Shown here: piece by piece, positions 1 to 8,402 of the stretch
Position numbering within the stretch: the stretch's first letter is position 1
Layout: the number at the start of each line of letters is the position of its first letter
Sequence record: MZ443769.1
Direction: 5' to 3' (one strand)
Length of the DNA: 64,000 nucleotides
The notes under the pieces: generated by a model
The model's database searches: none
The model's input: the letters and a program-made list of their open reading frames with translations, nothing else
What the model was told of the DNA's origin: nothing
Program-made: the position numbers and the translations under genes

Positions 1-622
1 CGATCTTACGAGCGGCATCGTTCGGGCTTGAAGGCGCTGCCAGATTGGTAACAGTGTTACCGTCTGCATTCAGGTCACCAGTCAGTGTGCCGTTAGCAGC
101 ATTCAGCTTAGAAGCAACCTCAGTACCCAGGTCAGACACATCACCACTGATAGTGGTCAGCTGGGTCTGGATGCCAGAAGTAACACCAGACAGATAGCCG
201 AGTTCAGCAGCAGTGACAGTTGAAGTTTGCAGGGCATTATCAGCACCCGCAATAACAACGCCGTTCTGAGTCAGACCAGTGATTTTGTCTTGCTTGGTAC
301 CGACAACGGTTTCTACGTGTTTCTTAGAAACAGCAGCGTTGTCAGCAGAAGCAGACTGGTCATCACCAGACAGTTCGAGGTCAGCAGTCATTGCCACGGT
401 ACCGTCAGCCAGAATAACTCCGTCTAACGATGCTCCGCCTTCGCCCAGTGCCTTGATTGCAGTGCCATCGAAGTATTTGTATTTACCTTCGGTGGTGTTG
501 AACCACAGGCGGCCAGTTTGTGCTGCAACCAAATCACCTACGACCGGATCTGTATCAAGATTTTCCGGACGGAAGTTCTTAATTGCTGCACCTAACATTA
601 AATCAAGATTACCAGTACGCAT
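1..622 (-). CDS. Virion fibre-like structural protein, 3' end runs off the window (partial)
   Basis: Absent from the ORF track because it has no stop in the window. Read by hand: ATG at 622 with AGGAG RBS at 628-632, open to base 1. MRTGNLDLMLGAAIKNFRPENLDTDP...GRLWFNTTEGKYKYFDG...GNTVTNLAAPSSPNDAARK. The VTNLAAP..NDAARK motif is typical of trimeric phage fibres and adhesin stalks. Confidence 0.75.
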   Translation of the reverse strand, partial: MRTGNLDLMLGAAIKNFRPENLDTDPVVGDLVAAQTGRLWFNTTEGKYKYFDGTAIKALGEGGASLDGVILADGTVAMTADLELSGDDQSASADNAAVSKKHVETVVGTKQDKITGLTQNGVVIAGADNALQTSTVTAAELGYLSGVTSGIQTQLTTISGDVSDLGTEVASKLNAANGTLTGDLNADGNTVTNLAAPSSPNDAARKI

Positions 623-645
623 TGTATTCTCCTAGTGCGCGGGAT

Positions 646-1389
646 TTAGAAAAACTGACTGTCACACTCACCTAAACTACAACGTAGTCTTTGGTATGCA
701 GCAACACGTTCTTCAATGAGATTAATATACTTGTCGTCGATGCTGAACTTCGCTCGTAACGGCGCTTCATAGTCATCGAGTAAGTGATGCCTCTTGTACA
801 CGTCGGCACGAAGAAGCGGTGTGCTAACCCCAGTACATTCCATAATACTAAGATCAATTTTGTCGGCATAAATGAAAGGCCGCTCCCGTTTACACAGGAT
901 ATAATCTATCTCATGTAAATTAAAGAGTGTGAAATTCATATAGCCAATAATGAACTCTGCGATAAGCCTGAACGATTCAGACATATCTTGCCTGAGCTGT
1001 TGTGTGAGTATCTGACCAATCAGCGGAGTTATTTCTTGTCGCAGATCAGTCCAAGTCTCATACAGCGGCACGGGAAAATCTTCAGGATGTGCTTCCATAA
1101 TAGCAAGCACATTACGTTCCATATCAGCGAACGATGTTAGAACGTCAGCAGCGTCAACTTCCGTGACGACACCACTGCCTGTTAGAATGAATCTGCATTC
1201 AACGTCTCTTAACCACGATTCAGATGCAGATAAGTATTGGAGTAAAATTTCTCTGGCTCCAGCAGTGAAATCATGCCGTTCGGAGTCAAGAACCTCACTG
1301 AGCATGAAAGCCTTTGCCTTGTAGAAATCAATATAACGTTCGGCAGTAAATCGTCGAAACGCTATGTTATTTCTCAAGTAGCCTGTCAT
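646..1389 (-). CDS. Hypothetical protein, 247 aa, predicted helical and soluble
   Basis: Long ORF; its start overlaps the stop of the upstream membrane-protein gene (ATGA at 1386-1389). No family recognised. Confidence 0.75.
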   Translation of the reverse strand: MTGYLRNNIAFRRFTAERYIDFYKAKAFMLSEVLDSERHDFTAGAREILLQYLSASESWLRDVECRFILTGSGVVTEVDAADVLTSFADMERNVLAIMEAHPEDFPVPLYETWTDLRQEITPLIGQILTQQLRQDMSESFRLIAEFIIGYMNFTLFNLHEIDYILCKRERPFIYADKIDLSIMECTGVSTPLLRADVYKRHHLLDDYEAPLRAKFSIDDKYINLIEERVAAYQRLRCSLGECDSQFF

Positions 1390-1901
1390 CGCAACGCCCT
1401 CAGATCATTTACGCCCGAACCACCAGGTGCATTCGGGGACGTATACAAGGAACTCGACAAGCTGTGCAGTCTGAGACTGAGCGAGCCAAGTTCTTGTCGC
1501 AGATCGCTTATACCATCGAGCACTTCACGCATTAAGTCGGAAGAGGATTGATGATCACGCGATTGTTGGGAGATGATTCGCTCGAAGCGTTGAATAGCTC
1601 TGAGCACTGAATTCAAACCCTCTTTCATATCTAAATTATCGACTGGTGCAGACTCGGAAAATGCCTGAACAGCTTTCTTAATCTCTTCCAGTTCAGCAGA
1701 CACAGTAACTGAATCGTACTGGCCTGTTGGGTCTTCGTCTATTTCTGCTAACCTTGCTTTCGCTTGCTCCAGCTCTTCCATCATGGGAATGACTTTCAAC
1801 CAATAAAAGCCTCCCCCTAGAATGAGCGCAATAACTGAAAGAGCAGTTGCATACTCGGACGCAAGCAGTTGCCCTAAGATATCCGTCCACATTCTATTCA
1901 A
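1386..1901 (-). CDS. Single-pass membrane protein with coiled-coil C-terminus (holin- or spanin-like candidate)
   Basis: Hydrophobic ALSVIALILGGGFYWL at about residues 20-35, then heptad-like helices. ATGA coupling on both sides. Function is inference. Confidence 0.6.
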   Translation of the reverse strand: MNRMWTDILGQLLASEYATALSVIALILGGGFYWLKVIPMMEELEQAKARLAEIDEDPTGQYDSVTVSAELEEIKKAVQAFSESAPVDNLDMKEGLNSVLRAIQRFERIISQQSRDHQSSSDLMREVLDGISDLRQELGSLSLRLHSLSSSLYTSPNAPGGSGVNDLRALR

Positions 1902-2182
1902 CCCTTACAGGTGTTCTCATTAAGTTCGATGATAACCCTCTGAGCACCTGGTTCGTTTACGTCAGTGGTTTTATACGTGTGCGCCATCCGAGGCTTGAAC
2001 TCTAAGCAGCTTTGGCCATACCGTCCATCGTTAATGCAGACAGCAGACAAGCAACTAACATCTTCCTTGAGAATAATGTTTTCAGGAGATTGATTGACAC
2101 TCCTAACAGCGGTGATTATGAAACTAACCATCGCAAGAGAGATGACAACCAATATAGCGATTCTTATTCGCTTGGCGTTCAT
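1898..2182 (-). CDS. Small exported or membrane-anchored protein with four cysteines
   Basis: MNAKRIR followed by IAILVVISLAMVSFIITAV and a C-terminal domain with 4 Cys. AAGG RBS and CTAATTT motif upstream. Confidence 0.65.
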   Translation of the reverse strand: MNAKRIRIAILVVISLAMVSFIITAVRSVNQSPENIILKEDVSCLSAVCINDGRYGQSCLEFKPRMAHTYKTTDVNEPGAQRVIIELNENTCKG

Positions 2183-2215
2183 TTCGGTTGTTACCTTAAT
2201 CTCTTTTGGTGATAG

Positions 2216-2222
2216 AAATTAG
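2216..2222 (-). promoter_or_regulatory. CTAATTT motif (putative late promoter)
   Basis: Intergenic GCTAATTTCT about 35 nt upstream of the ATG at 2182. The same 7-mer recurs upstream of several other genes. Confidence 0.45.
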
Positions 2223-2245
2223 CGAAGCTTGTGTTTCTACGAGGA

Positions 2246-3271
2246 CTATTTGTCCAACACGCCACCAATCTCCTGAAACATATTCTTGTACACAAGGCTA
2301 GCACCCAAGTTATCAAGACGTTGAGGTGAGACATACAGGTGCGGAGTAGTGCGTATGTCTGACCACACTTTCTCGTTCGCGTCTATGCCACCAACAGTAG
2401 GCACAATGACTAAGCTCAAGTTAGACTGAGCGCGAACAAACCCCACGTCGATATGTCTCTTATTGATTTTAATAATGAGTCGGTTGATTGCGTCCAAACC
2501 AACAGGCACATTATATTCAGTATCACTCACCGTATTGATTAGGCTTATGAGGAAACCCTTGGGCTTACTGGAAATATCGAACAGATTGGTCTTGAGTTCA
2601 GCCAGCGTGTTAGCTTGATACTGATCTACATCATGACCAAGTTCTTTCAAACAGGCTCCGAGTGCTCTTGCTGATTCATTGTGTGCTGAGTTATCGTCAC
2701 GCAAGATATAGATAGGCGCATCCGGTTGGTATGTCCGTTTTGCTATCCTGTCGATAAGCTCACAAGAAGGTCGGCCGACTGTAGCAAGACCCTTGTTAAC
2801 GATAACGAACTTCGTCTTATACTGTTCATAAACAGATGGCGTCATGTACTTCATGTAATCGTCATCGAGACTCAAAATCAAACGAGGCTTAATGAGTTGA
2901 ATCACAAGTTGCACAGAACGCAATGCTGATTTGTATTCAGTGTCAGACAGCACACGGTTGATTGGAAGATACTGTACGAATACAAATCTTTCATCAACTG
3001 AATCCACTACAGAGCGTATCAGCGTACTGCCTATAGTAGGGCCCGCCGAAAATTGAGTGACAATCATCAAACTACCTTCGGCTACCCCATTCGAACTACG
3101 AGTTATTGTTGTGTCTGTGGAAGCAGAAGTAACATCCCACGTTATGCCGGGCCCGTCTCGTTCGGGATCTGCATATACATCAACTGAGCTACACCAGAGA
3201 CAGGCTCCAAGAAAGTAAGCAGCAAGATGTTTTCGGGATCTACTTCTGCCGGATTTATTGTCTCCGGACAT
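2246..3271 (-). CDS. Periplasmic-binding-protein-like (ABC_sub_bind-type) exported protein
   Basis: Signal-like N-terminus (KHLAAYFLGACLWCSSVDVYA/D). Segments LMIVTQFS...FVQYL...IKPRLILSLDDDYMKY and IYILRDDNSAHNES match, by eye, the periplasmic sensor domain of ABC-type binding proteins and sensor kinases. Start uncertain because of a 130-nt overlap with the upstream gene. Confidence 0.55.
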   Translation of the reverse strand: MSGDNKSGRSRSRKHLAAYFLGACLWCSSVDVYADPERDGPGITWDVTSASTDTTITRSSNGVAEGSLMIVTQFSAGPTIGSTLIRSVVDSVDERFVFVQYLPINRVLSDTEYKSALRSVQLVIQLIKPRLILSLDDDYMKYMTPSVYEQYKTKFVIVNKGLATVGRPSCELIDRIAKRTYQPDAPIYILRDDNSAHNESARALGACLKELGHDVDQYQANTLAELKTNLFDISSKPKGFLISLINTVSDTEYNVPVGLDAINRLIIKINKRHIDVGFVRAQSNLSLVIVPTVGGIDANEKVWSDIRTTPHLYVSPQRLDNLGASLVYKNMFQEIGGVLDK

Positions 3272-3969
3272 AAGACTTCTCCTTTCTCGTCTGTGACGAA
3301 AGGAATGCCTGCTCCCTTACCCAGATCGTGGCGCAAGGCCCAAACTGTGTCAGCATTCTCTTGTACGAAAACAAGACCCTTAATCTGCCCTTCACCACCA
3401 GCTTGCTCAAGAGCCGAGATACGACTATCGAGTAACGGTACGTCTTGTTGCAGAGCACGAATCGCAGTTAAGTTCGAGTTAACGCGGGAGTTCATGTTGT
3501 TGAACATCGTGAAGAACGAGTTGTTCATCGCGGTACGAACACCATCCGTATAGGACTTCGGAGCAAGTTCGTCTGTATCAAACGCAGTAACACCCGTGCG
3601 CACTAAAACCTTTCCGGTCAAGCGTCCGCCACTAGCACTGATAATCTGAGGAGCAGGCAAATCTGCTTCATCCCAGCGTTGAACAGTATTCATGACAGTA
3701 GCGTAATCGGTTTCTTCTTGCCACGTATTTTTATACGGAGCAGTTGCTGTCTTTGATACGCGACGCAGAACTTTCTTGTACCCTGCAGCGGAGCCATCAG
3801 CGATAAGCCAAAGACCGTTCAGCGGGAATACATGCGTTGTTGGTTCTACAAACGAAAGAATCATAGTCACATCAGGTTTGAGTTGATATGCAATGTCATT
3901 CGATGCAGAAAGTCCCTGCTGCGTAGCAAGAGACACAAGCGTGTCCACGTAGTTAGTCAGTTGGCTCAT
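3142..3969 (-). CDS. Virion structural or fibre-associated protein
   Basis: 275-aa ORF with central coiled coil. C-terminal FVQENADTVWALRHDLG...LLTFLEPVSGVAQL matches the small beta-module common in phage virion proteins (QxxxxxxWxIxHNLG...FxxPxSGxA). Confidence 0.7.
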   Translation of the reverse strand: MSQLTNYVDTLVSLATQQGLSASNDIAYQLKPDVTMILSFVEPTTHVFPLNGLWLIADGSAAGYKKVLRRVSKTATAPYKNTWQEETDYATVMNTVQRWDEADLPAPQIISASGGRLTGKVLVRTGVTAFDTDELAPKSYTDGVRTAMNNSFFTMFNNMNSRVNSNLTAIRALQQDVPLLDSRISALEQAGGEGQIKGLVFVQENADTVWALRHDLGKGAGIPFVTDEKGEVLCPETINPAEVDPENILLLTFLEPVSGVAQLMYMQIPNETGPA

Positions 3970-4429
3970 CCGAAACTCCTAGCGTCTTTAGAATAGAAGA
4001 ACTTTTATCGGACAAGGCAATTGCAATCAGTTTAGCTGCGGCCTCGTCCACGGTTAAAGTGCTGATTTTTCCTTTGGTGTTACATACGATTGTCTGAGGA
4101 GCAAACGTAGCACAAGCCAAAGCAAATAGCAGATGATTGCCGAGGTCACCAGAGATAGATACTTCTACACCCAAGTCAGGCACGTAGATGTTCTGGTTTA
4201 TTTCAGCAACAAACTGCGCCAGCACCACCGGGTCATGTTCGGCAGGCGCTGTATCATAATCCTCTGCAAGATCAATCTGACCTGTCAGAGGATAGTATTG
4301 GAATGCAGACATATCACTGAGGATTCTACCGAACAGTTCAGGAGAAACCTCGATGCAATACTTGTCTGTCTTCTCTCGGACTCGACCCAGCAGCTTATTA
4401 GATACTGGGTCAACGCGAATAAACGGCAT
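3953..4429 (-). CDS. Hypothetical protein, 158 aa (possible fibre assembly factor)
   Basis: ORF directly downstream of a collagen fibre gene, 2-nt gap. No family recognised. Confidence 0.65.
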   Translation of the reverse strand: MPFIRVDPVSNKLLGRVREKTDKYCIEVSPELFGRILSDMSAFQYYPLTGQIDLAEDYDTAPAEHDPVVLAQFVAEINQNIYVPDLGVEVSISGDLGNHLLFALACATFAPQTIVCNTKGKISTLTVDEAAAKLIAIALSDKSSSILKTLGVSDEPTD

Positions 4430-4431
4430 AG

Positions 4432-5250
4432 TTAATCACCACTCGCAGTATAGAAGAAGTCCCAGCCAGTAACGTTCGTGCCTGTAGACTTAATCGTGAA
4501 CCCGCCCAACAAGGCATTCTCATTGACAGCACTTGTACCGTCAAGATTGTAGAGTTGCCAAGTACGAGCTTGGTTGAGGGCAGCATTCAAGAATGTAACC
4601 TGAATGCTTAGACAACGGTTGAGGAACGGTTGGTTGAAGATAACGTGAATTGTATCTGTTGTTGAAGCGTTAACGATACGACCCATGTTCTCTGTGTAAC
4701 CAGTGTTCATATCACGGTTGCTACCGATCCATGCGTTAGGAATGATAGCGCCAGTGATAGGGTCAAGTGCTTGAGACGTCAGATACTCGTCAAGCGCACT
4801 ATCACGCCCAGGAGAACCGGTAGGTCCAGTCGGCCCCGTAGGACCAACAGCACCAGTGTTACCAGTAGCGCCGTTAGGTCCTGTGTTGCCAGTAGGCCCA
4901 TTACGGCCACGAGGACCACGAGGCCCCGGACAACCTTCACCGCCGTCTACGCCGTCACGACCGTCAGAGCCGGGTAGCCCGCGTAAACCATCTTTACCTT
5001 GTTTACCCTCACGACCAGACTTTAACTGATCTGCTGTTGGTAAACCTGTTGTAGATGATTGACTACCGTCTTGCCATACAACTGTGAGAGTACCAGTGAC
5101 AGGGTCGAACTGTACACCCTGCGCACCGGGAATCTTATCTGCTTCTTGCGGGTCTATGAAAGCAACCGTAGTAGCAGTCTGTTTGCCCAACACTCTACCA
5201 ATAGCAGCATCGCCGCCACTGATTAACTGTGGGCTGATCTTTGTTAACAT
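4432..5250 (-). CDS. Collagen-like fibre protein with C-terminal beta-sandwich tip
   Basis: About 70 residues of continuous Gly-X-Y (GREGKQGKDG...GPTGSPG). C-terminal IHVIFNQPFLNRCLSIQVT resembles the gp53-like/H-lectin-like tip domain of tail fibres. Confidence 0.85.
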   Translation of the reverse strand: MLTKISPQLISGGDAAIGRVLGKQTATTVAFIDPQEADKIPGAQGVQFDPVTGTLTVVWQDGSQSSTTGLPTADQLKSGREGKQGKDGLRGLPGSDGRDGVDGGEGCPGPRGPRGRNGPTGNTGPNGATGNTGAVGPTGPTGPTGSPGRDSALDEYLTSQALDPITGAIIPNAWIGSNRDMNTGYTENMGRIVNASTTDTIHVIFNQPFLNRCLSIQVTFLNAALNQARTWQLYNLDGTSAVNENALLGGFTIKSTGTNVTGWDFFYTASGD

Positions 5251-5260
5251 GGGCTAACTC

Positions 5261-5464
5261 CTAACCAGTCAGTGTTGTCCAATCTGGCTGACCCGCTTGA
5301 CCCGCTTCGGGATTCTTTACTTTCGTGTTGTTGATAGTCATACGAATCCAACGAACATTTCCAGCTCCGTCATCCCAGCGAATCTTCGTGCCACCGTATG
5401 CTAAATTAGCTACCCATCTGTCTGTGCTCGGATCTTTGAAAGCTAAACGTGCATAAGCAGGCAT
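5261..5464 (-). CDS. Small virion adaptor-like protein, 67 aa
   Basis: GAGGAG RBS. Repeated Trp-containing beta motifs similar to the N-terminus of the 8403-10421 protein. Confidence 0.7.
   Translation of the reverse strand: MPAYARLAFKDPSTDRWVANLAYGGTKIRWDDGAGNVRWIRMTINNTKVKNPEAGQAGQPDWTTLTG
5403..5409 (-). promoter_or_regulatory. CTAATTT motif (intragenic copy)
   Basis: GCTAATTTAG inside the 67-aa gene, about 150 nt upstream of the collagen gene start. The only intragenic exact copy I noticed. Confidence 0.25.
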
Positions 5465-5481
5465 AGGTTACTCCTCTTAAA

Positions 5482-8358
5482 TCATTCTACTTCGCTAGGT
5501 TCCCAGCACAGTATAGGTCTACGCCACACTTGGAATACGCCGATAGGTGAACCAAGCCCTGAACTGACTTTACAGTCCATTGTAAGTCCGCCTGAGTTGC
5601 CACTACGCATTAAGATGTTCAGGTCTTGCTGCCATGAAGCACGTCCGCAAGAGTCAGCTTCGAACAAACCTTCCCACACCATATCAAATGCACCATTCCA
5701 TGCGTTGAAGTGATGTGAAGAATAAGCACCGTCACCAACAGGACAAAGAACCATGTACTGGTAATCTTTGACGCAAGGAATGCCGTAGTTGTTACCACGC
5801 GGTATAGCTGTACCGTTGTTGTTGAAGATACATTCCCAACCTGTGCGATCTGCTGATCCTGTTGTAAGGAACAGAGGACGACGAATGATCATCATTATAC
5901 CATTCTCTGCGCCATTGTCGTCATTAGTCTCGCAGTACGCATTACAACGAAGTGAACGGTCTACAGTGAACGTTGTAGAGTTCGAGAAGTCACGGCAGTA
6001 GAAGTTTGCACCCCACTTAGGCAGGTACTCAGTTGGTGGAACAAAGAAATGACGTTCAGCAAGTTCGACAGAACCATAACGGTCATACGCAAACACGATG
6101 TATTCGTAGCCTGCATCAATCGGAATGTTATGCCCTTGAGAACCAACACCATTCCATTTCCAATGCACCTGCCAGTCATTCGAATCGCGCGTAGCTTCTT
6201 CCGTGATAAGCTGATACTTACGTTCGTAGATATGCCAGACTTTACCTTCTTGGGTTGTGTTGATATACAACGAATTAGGGTCATTGATATTTCCGTTATC
6301 CGTACCGCAATAAACTTTATGACTTGCACCAGCAGAGTTATAGATAGTGCCAGACCCGATAGAACCGAACATATCAAAGTTCATCATCAAGTGAGAAGTA
6401 CACATCTCATTCTGACCAGCGCCATCTGATGTTGTGAGCAGATATTCATTCAGGTCTTTGAACGGATACTTAACCAAGTTCGAGTTAGCTCTGTTCACCA
6501 CATGCACCCAGTCATGCGATTGAATCTTAGGCACAGGGAAGCAAGGGTTAGTGACGGACACGACAAAGTTCTTCGTCTCATACATAGGCAGTTTCTTGAA
6601 GCGGTTATCACGAATAGTTACCGTGTGCTTCATGCCGTATGTCTTAGCACCATCAATACCGCCGAGAACTTTGTAGTAGTCGATGTGAGCGCTCTTAGTG
6701 TTATCAAACACATTCGAGATGCTCATGGCCAGAGAGTTGTTTCTGTCTGTACCTGTCGTGTATGCAACACCGCCGTTATCGAACGCATAACCAACTGAGT
6801 AATAACTATCAGGGTCACTTGAGTTCGGTCCCCAATACATTTCGTTGACTGCGTTACCTTCACCGAGGCCAGGACTACCGAAGCAGTTGTACGCACCACG
6901 ATATTGATAACTACCACTTTCATATACAAGACGACTTGCACCGATACGATACATAGCAGCAGGCAGTCCGCCTTGAACACGGTTGATGTTCGCAGTATCA
7001 TACGACACAACAAACACGTAGTAGTCACTGCTAAGGCTGTTAAGGAACTGAGCCATCTGTGCTGCATACGTTGAACCTGGCGCTACGCCTTCCGCAGAAA
7101 TATGAATGTCATACGAACGACGATCAACAAGTACACGGTCGGACTTACGAATCACATACACGTTGAAACCGCGTGTGTCTGTGTAGTACGTGCCGTTATA
7201 AATTGTATAACCTGAATCACCCGTGTCTAAGTGACGTTGATAACCAACAACGTGCGAGAACAAGGTGCTTCGTTGCTGTAGGCTGAGTGCGTTATCGTTC
7301 GACCAACTAACAGACACATCACCAGCAGCCATACGTGCAGCCCAATCATCAGGCTTGTATGGATAAGTTGTTACGTCAAACGATGCGCTGAATCCGCTTC
7401 CGATTTCCACACAGCACGGGTCACGATAGATGATCGCTGGATCGAGAACGATATCATCAGGGATATCAACTTGACCACAGTAGAACTGCAACCACGTTCC
7501 GGGCTGACCACCTAATGAACCTGGGCCTGGAGGTGTCGCAACAGAAAAGTCATAGATAGCACTTAGTCTGTATGTCTGCTGGTTATGCAGTGCAGGAATG
7601 TTAGTCCATGCTACGTGATTACCGAACACATTGATTGAACGGTTACGCGCTGTTTCCGTAGCAGCAATGTATGCAGCACCGTTAGAACGAATGCCTAAAG
7701 GGCTGTAGATAGCGTTAAAATTGACGTTACCTTCATACGGACCTTTTTGCAGTACGATTATGCTTGTTCCGTTTCGGTGTGCCTCACGGAGCGCTGTACA
7801 CATAGCAGCAGGCAGTGTTTGAGCACCAGCGGACAGTAATAAAACGACACAAGACCATTGCTGAAACGACTTATACGTACCGTCATAGCCGTATGCACCC
7901 GCGTTAATCTCTTGCCAGCTATGAGCAACCATATCGAGTGGCATACGCTTCATATAGCTGACAAGCATTCCCCAAGACTCCATACTGTTTTCATCTGAGA
8001 CAGAGGCTTGGTCGGACATAACTAGCATTGTGCTGCCAGCAGTCAGGTTAGAGTTGTATCCGCGTTCAATCAGGAACTGACGCAGTACACCCATGTTGTT
8101 GATGCTTTTGTTTCTGTACGTGCCCAGCCAACCGTAACTACCATTGACCATAGGACTATCGTCACGAATGAAAGCACCGTTCATATAGACAGAACCGTAA
8201 CCGCACACGTAAGCGAGAGAGTGTCCATCTACGACGAAAGAGGTGAAACGAGAACTATCGACCGCCATTGCATCAACAGCAGCAGCAGAGCCATCGCCAG
8301 GACTGCCCGAGAATACTGGTGTCATGCCTCGCGCATACAAGCAACTTTGTTGCAGCAT
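5482..8358 (-). CDS. Large multidomain virion or adhesin protein with ILEI/GG-type lectin-like domain
   Basis: 958 aa, AAGGA RBS. RGFNVYVIRK...YDI...MAQFLNSLSSDYYVFVVSYD...MYRIGAS...YRGAYNCFGSPG matches the ILEI/PANDER (GG) domain pattern. Aromatic-rich beta repeats at the C-terminus. Confidence 0.7.
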   Translation of the reverse strand: MLQQSCLYARGMTPVFSGSPGDGSAAAVDAMAVDSSRFTSFVVDGHSLAYVCGYGSVYMNGAFIRDDSPMVNGSYGWLGTYRNKSINNMGVLRQFLIERGYNSNLTAGSTMLVMSDQASVSDENSMESWGMLVSYMKRMPLDMVAHSWQEINAGAYGYDGTYKSFQQWSCVVLLLSAGAQTLPAAMCTALREAHRNGTSIIVLQKGPYEGNVNFNAIYSPLGIRSNGAAYIAATETARNRSINVFGNHVAWTNIPALHNQQTYRLSAIYDFSVATPPGPGSLGGQPGTWLQFYCGQVDIPDDIVLDPAIIYRDPCCVEIGSGFSASFDVTTYPYKPDDWAARMAAGDVSVSWSNDNALSLQQRSTLFSHVVGYQRHLDTGDSGYTIYNGTYYTDTRGFNVYVIRKSDRVLVDRRSYDIHISAEGVAPGSTYAAQMAQFLNSLSSDYYVFVVSYDTANINRVQGGLPAAMYRIGASRLVYESGSYQYRGAYNCFGSPGLGEGNAVNEMYWGPNSSDPDSYYSVGYAFDNGGVAYTTGTDRNNSLAMSISNVFDNTKSAHIDYYKVLGGIDGAKTYGMKHTVTIRDNRFKKLPMYETKNFVVSVTNPCFPVPKIQSHDWVHVVNRANSNLVKYPFKDLNEYLLTTSDGAGQNEMCTSHLMMNFDMFGSIGSGTIYNSAGASHKVYCGTDNGNINDPNSLYINTTQEGKVWHIYERKYQLITEEATRDSNDWQVHWKWNGVGSQGHNIPIDAGYEYIVFAYDRYGSVELAERHFFVPPTEYLPKWGANFYCRDFSNSTTFTVDRSLRCNAYCETNDDNGAENGIMMIIRRPLFLTTGSADRTGWECIFNNNGTAIPRGNNYGIPCVKDYQYMVLCPVGDGAYSSHHFNAWNGAFDMVWEGLFEADSCGRASWQQDLNILMRSGNSGGLTMDCKVSSGLGSPIGVFQVWRRPILCWEPSEVE

Positions 8359-8376
8359 GGTATGTCCTTAAGATCG

Positions 8377-8396
8377 AGAAGAGGGGCCGAAGCCCC
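8377..8396 (-). terminator. Intrinsic terminator hairpin, possibly bidirectional
   Basis: Minus strand GGGGC-UUCG-GCCCC-UCUUCU just after the stop at 8403. The plus-strand tail TTTGTTTT is also terminator-like. Confidence 0.55.
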
Positions 8397-8402
8397 TTTG
8401 TT

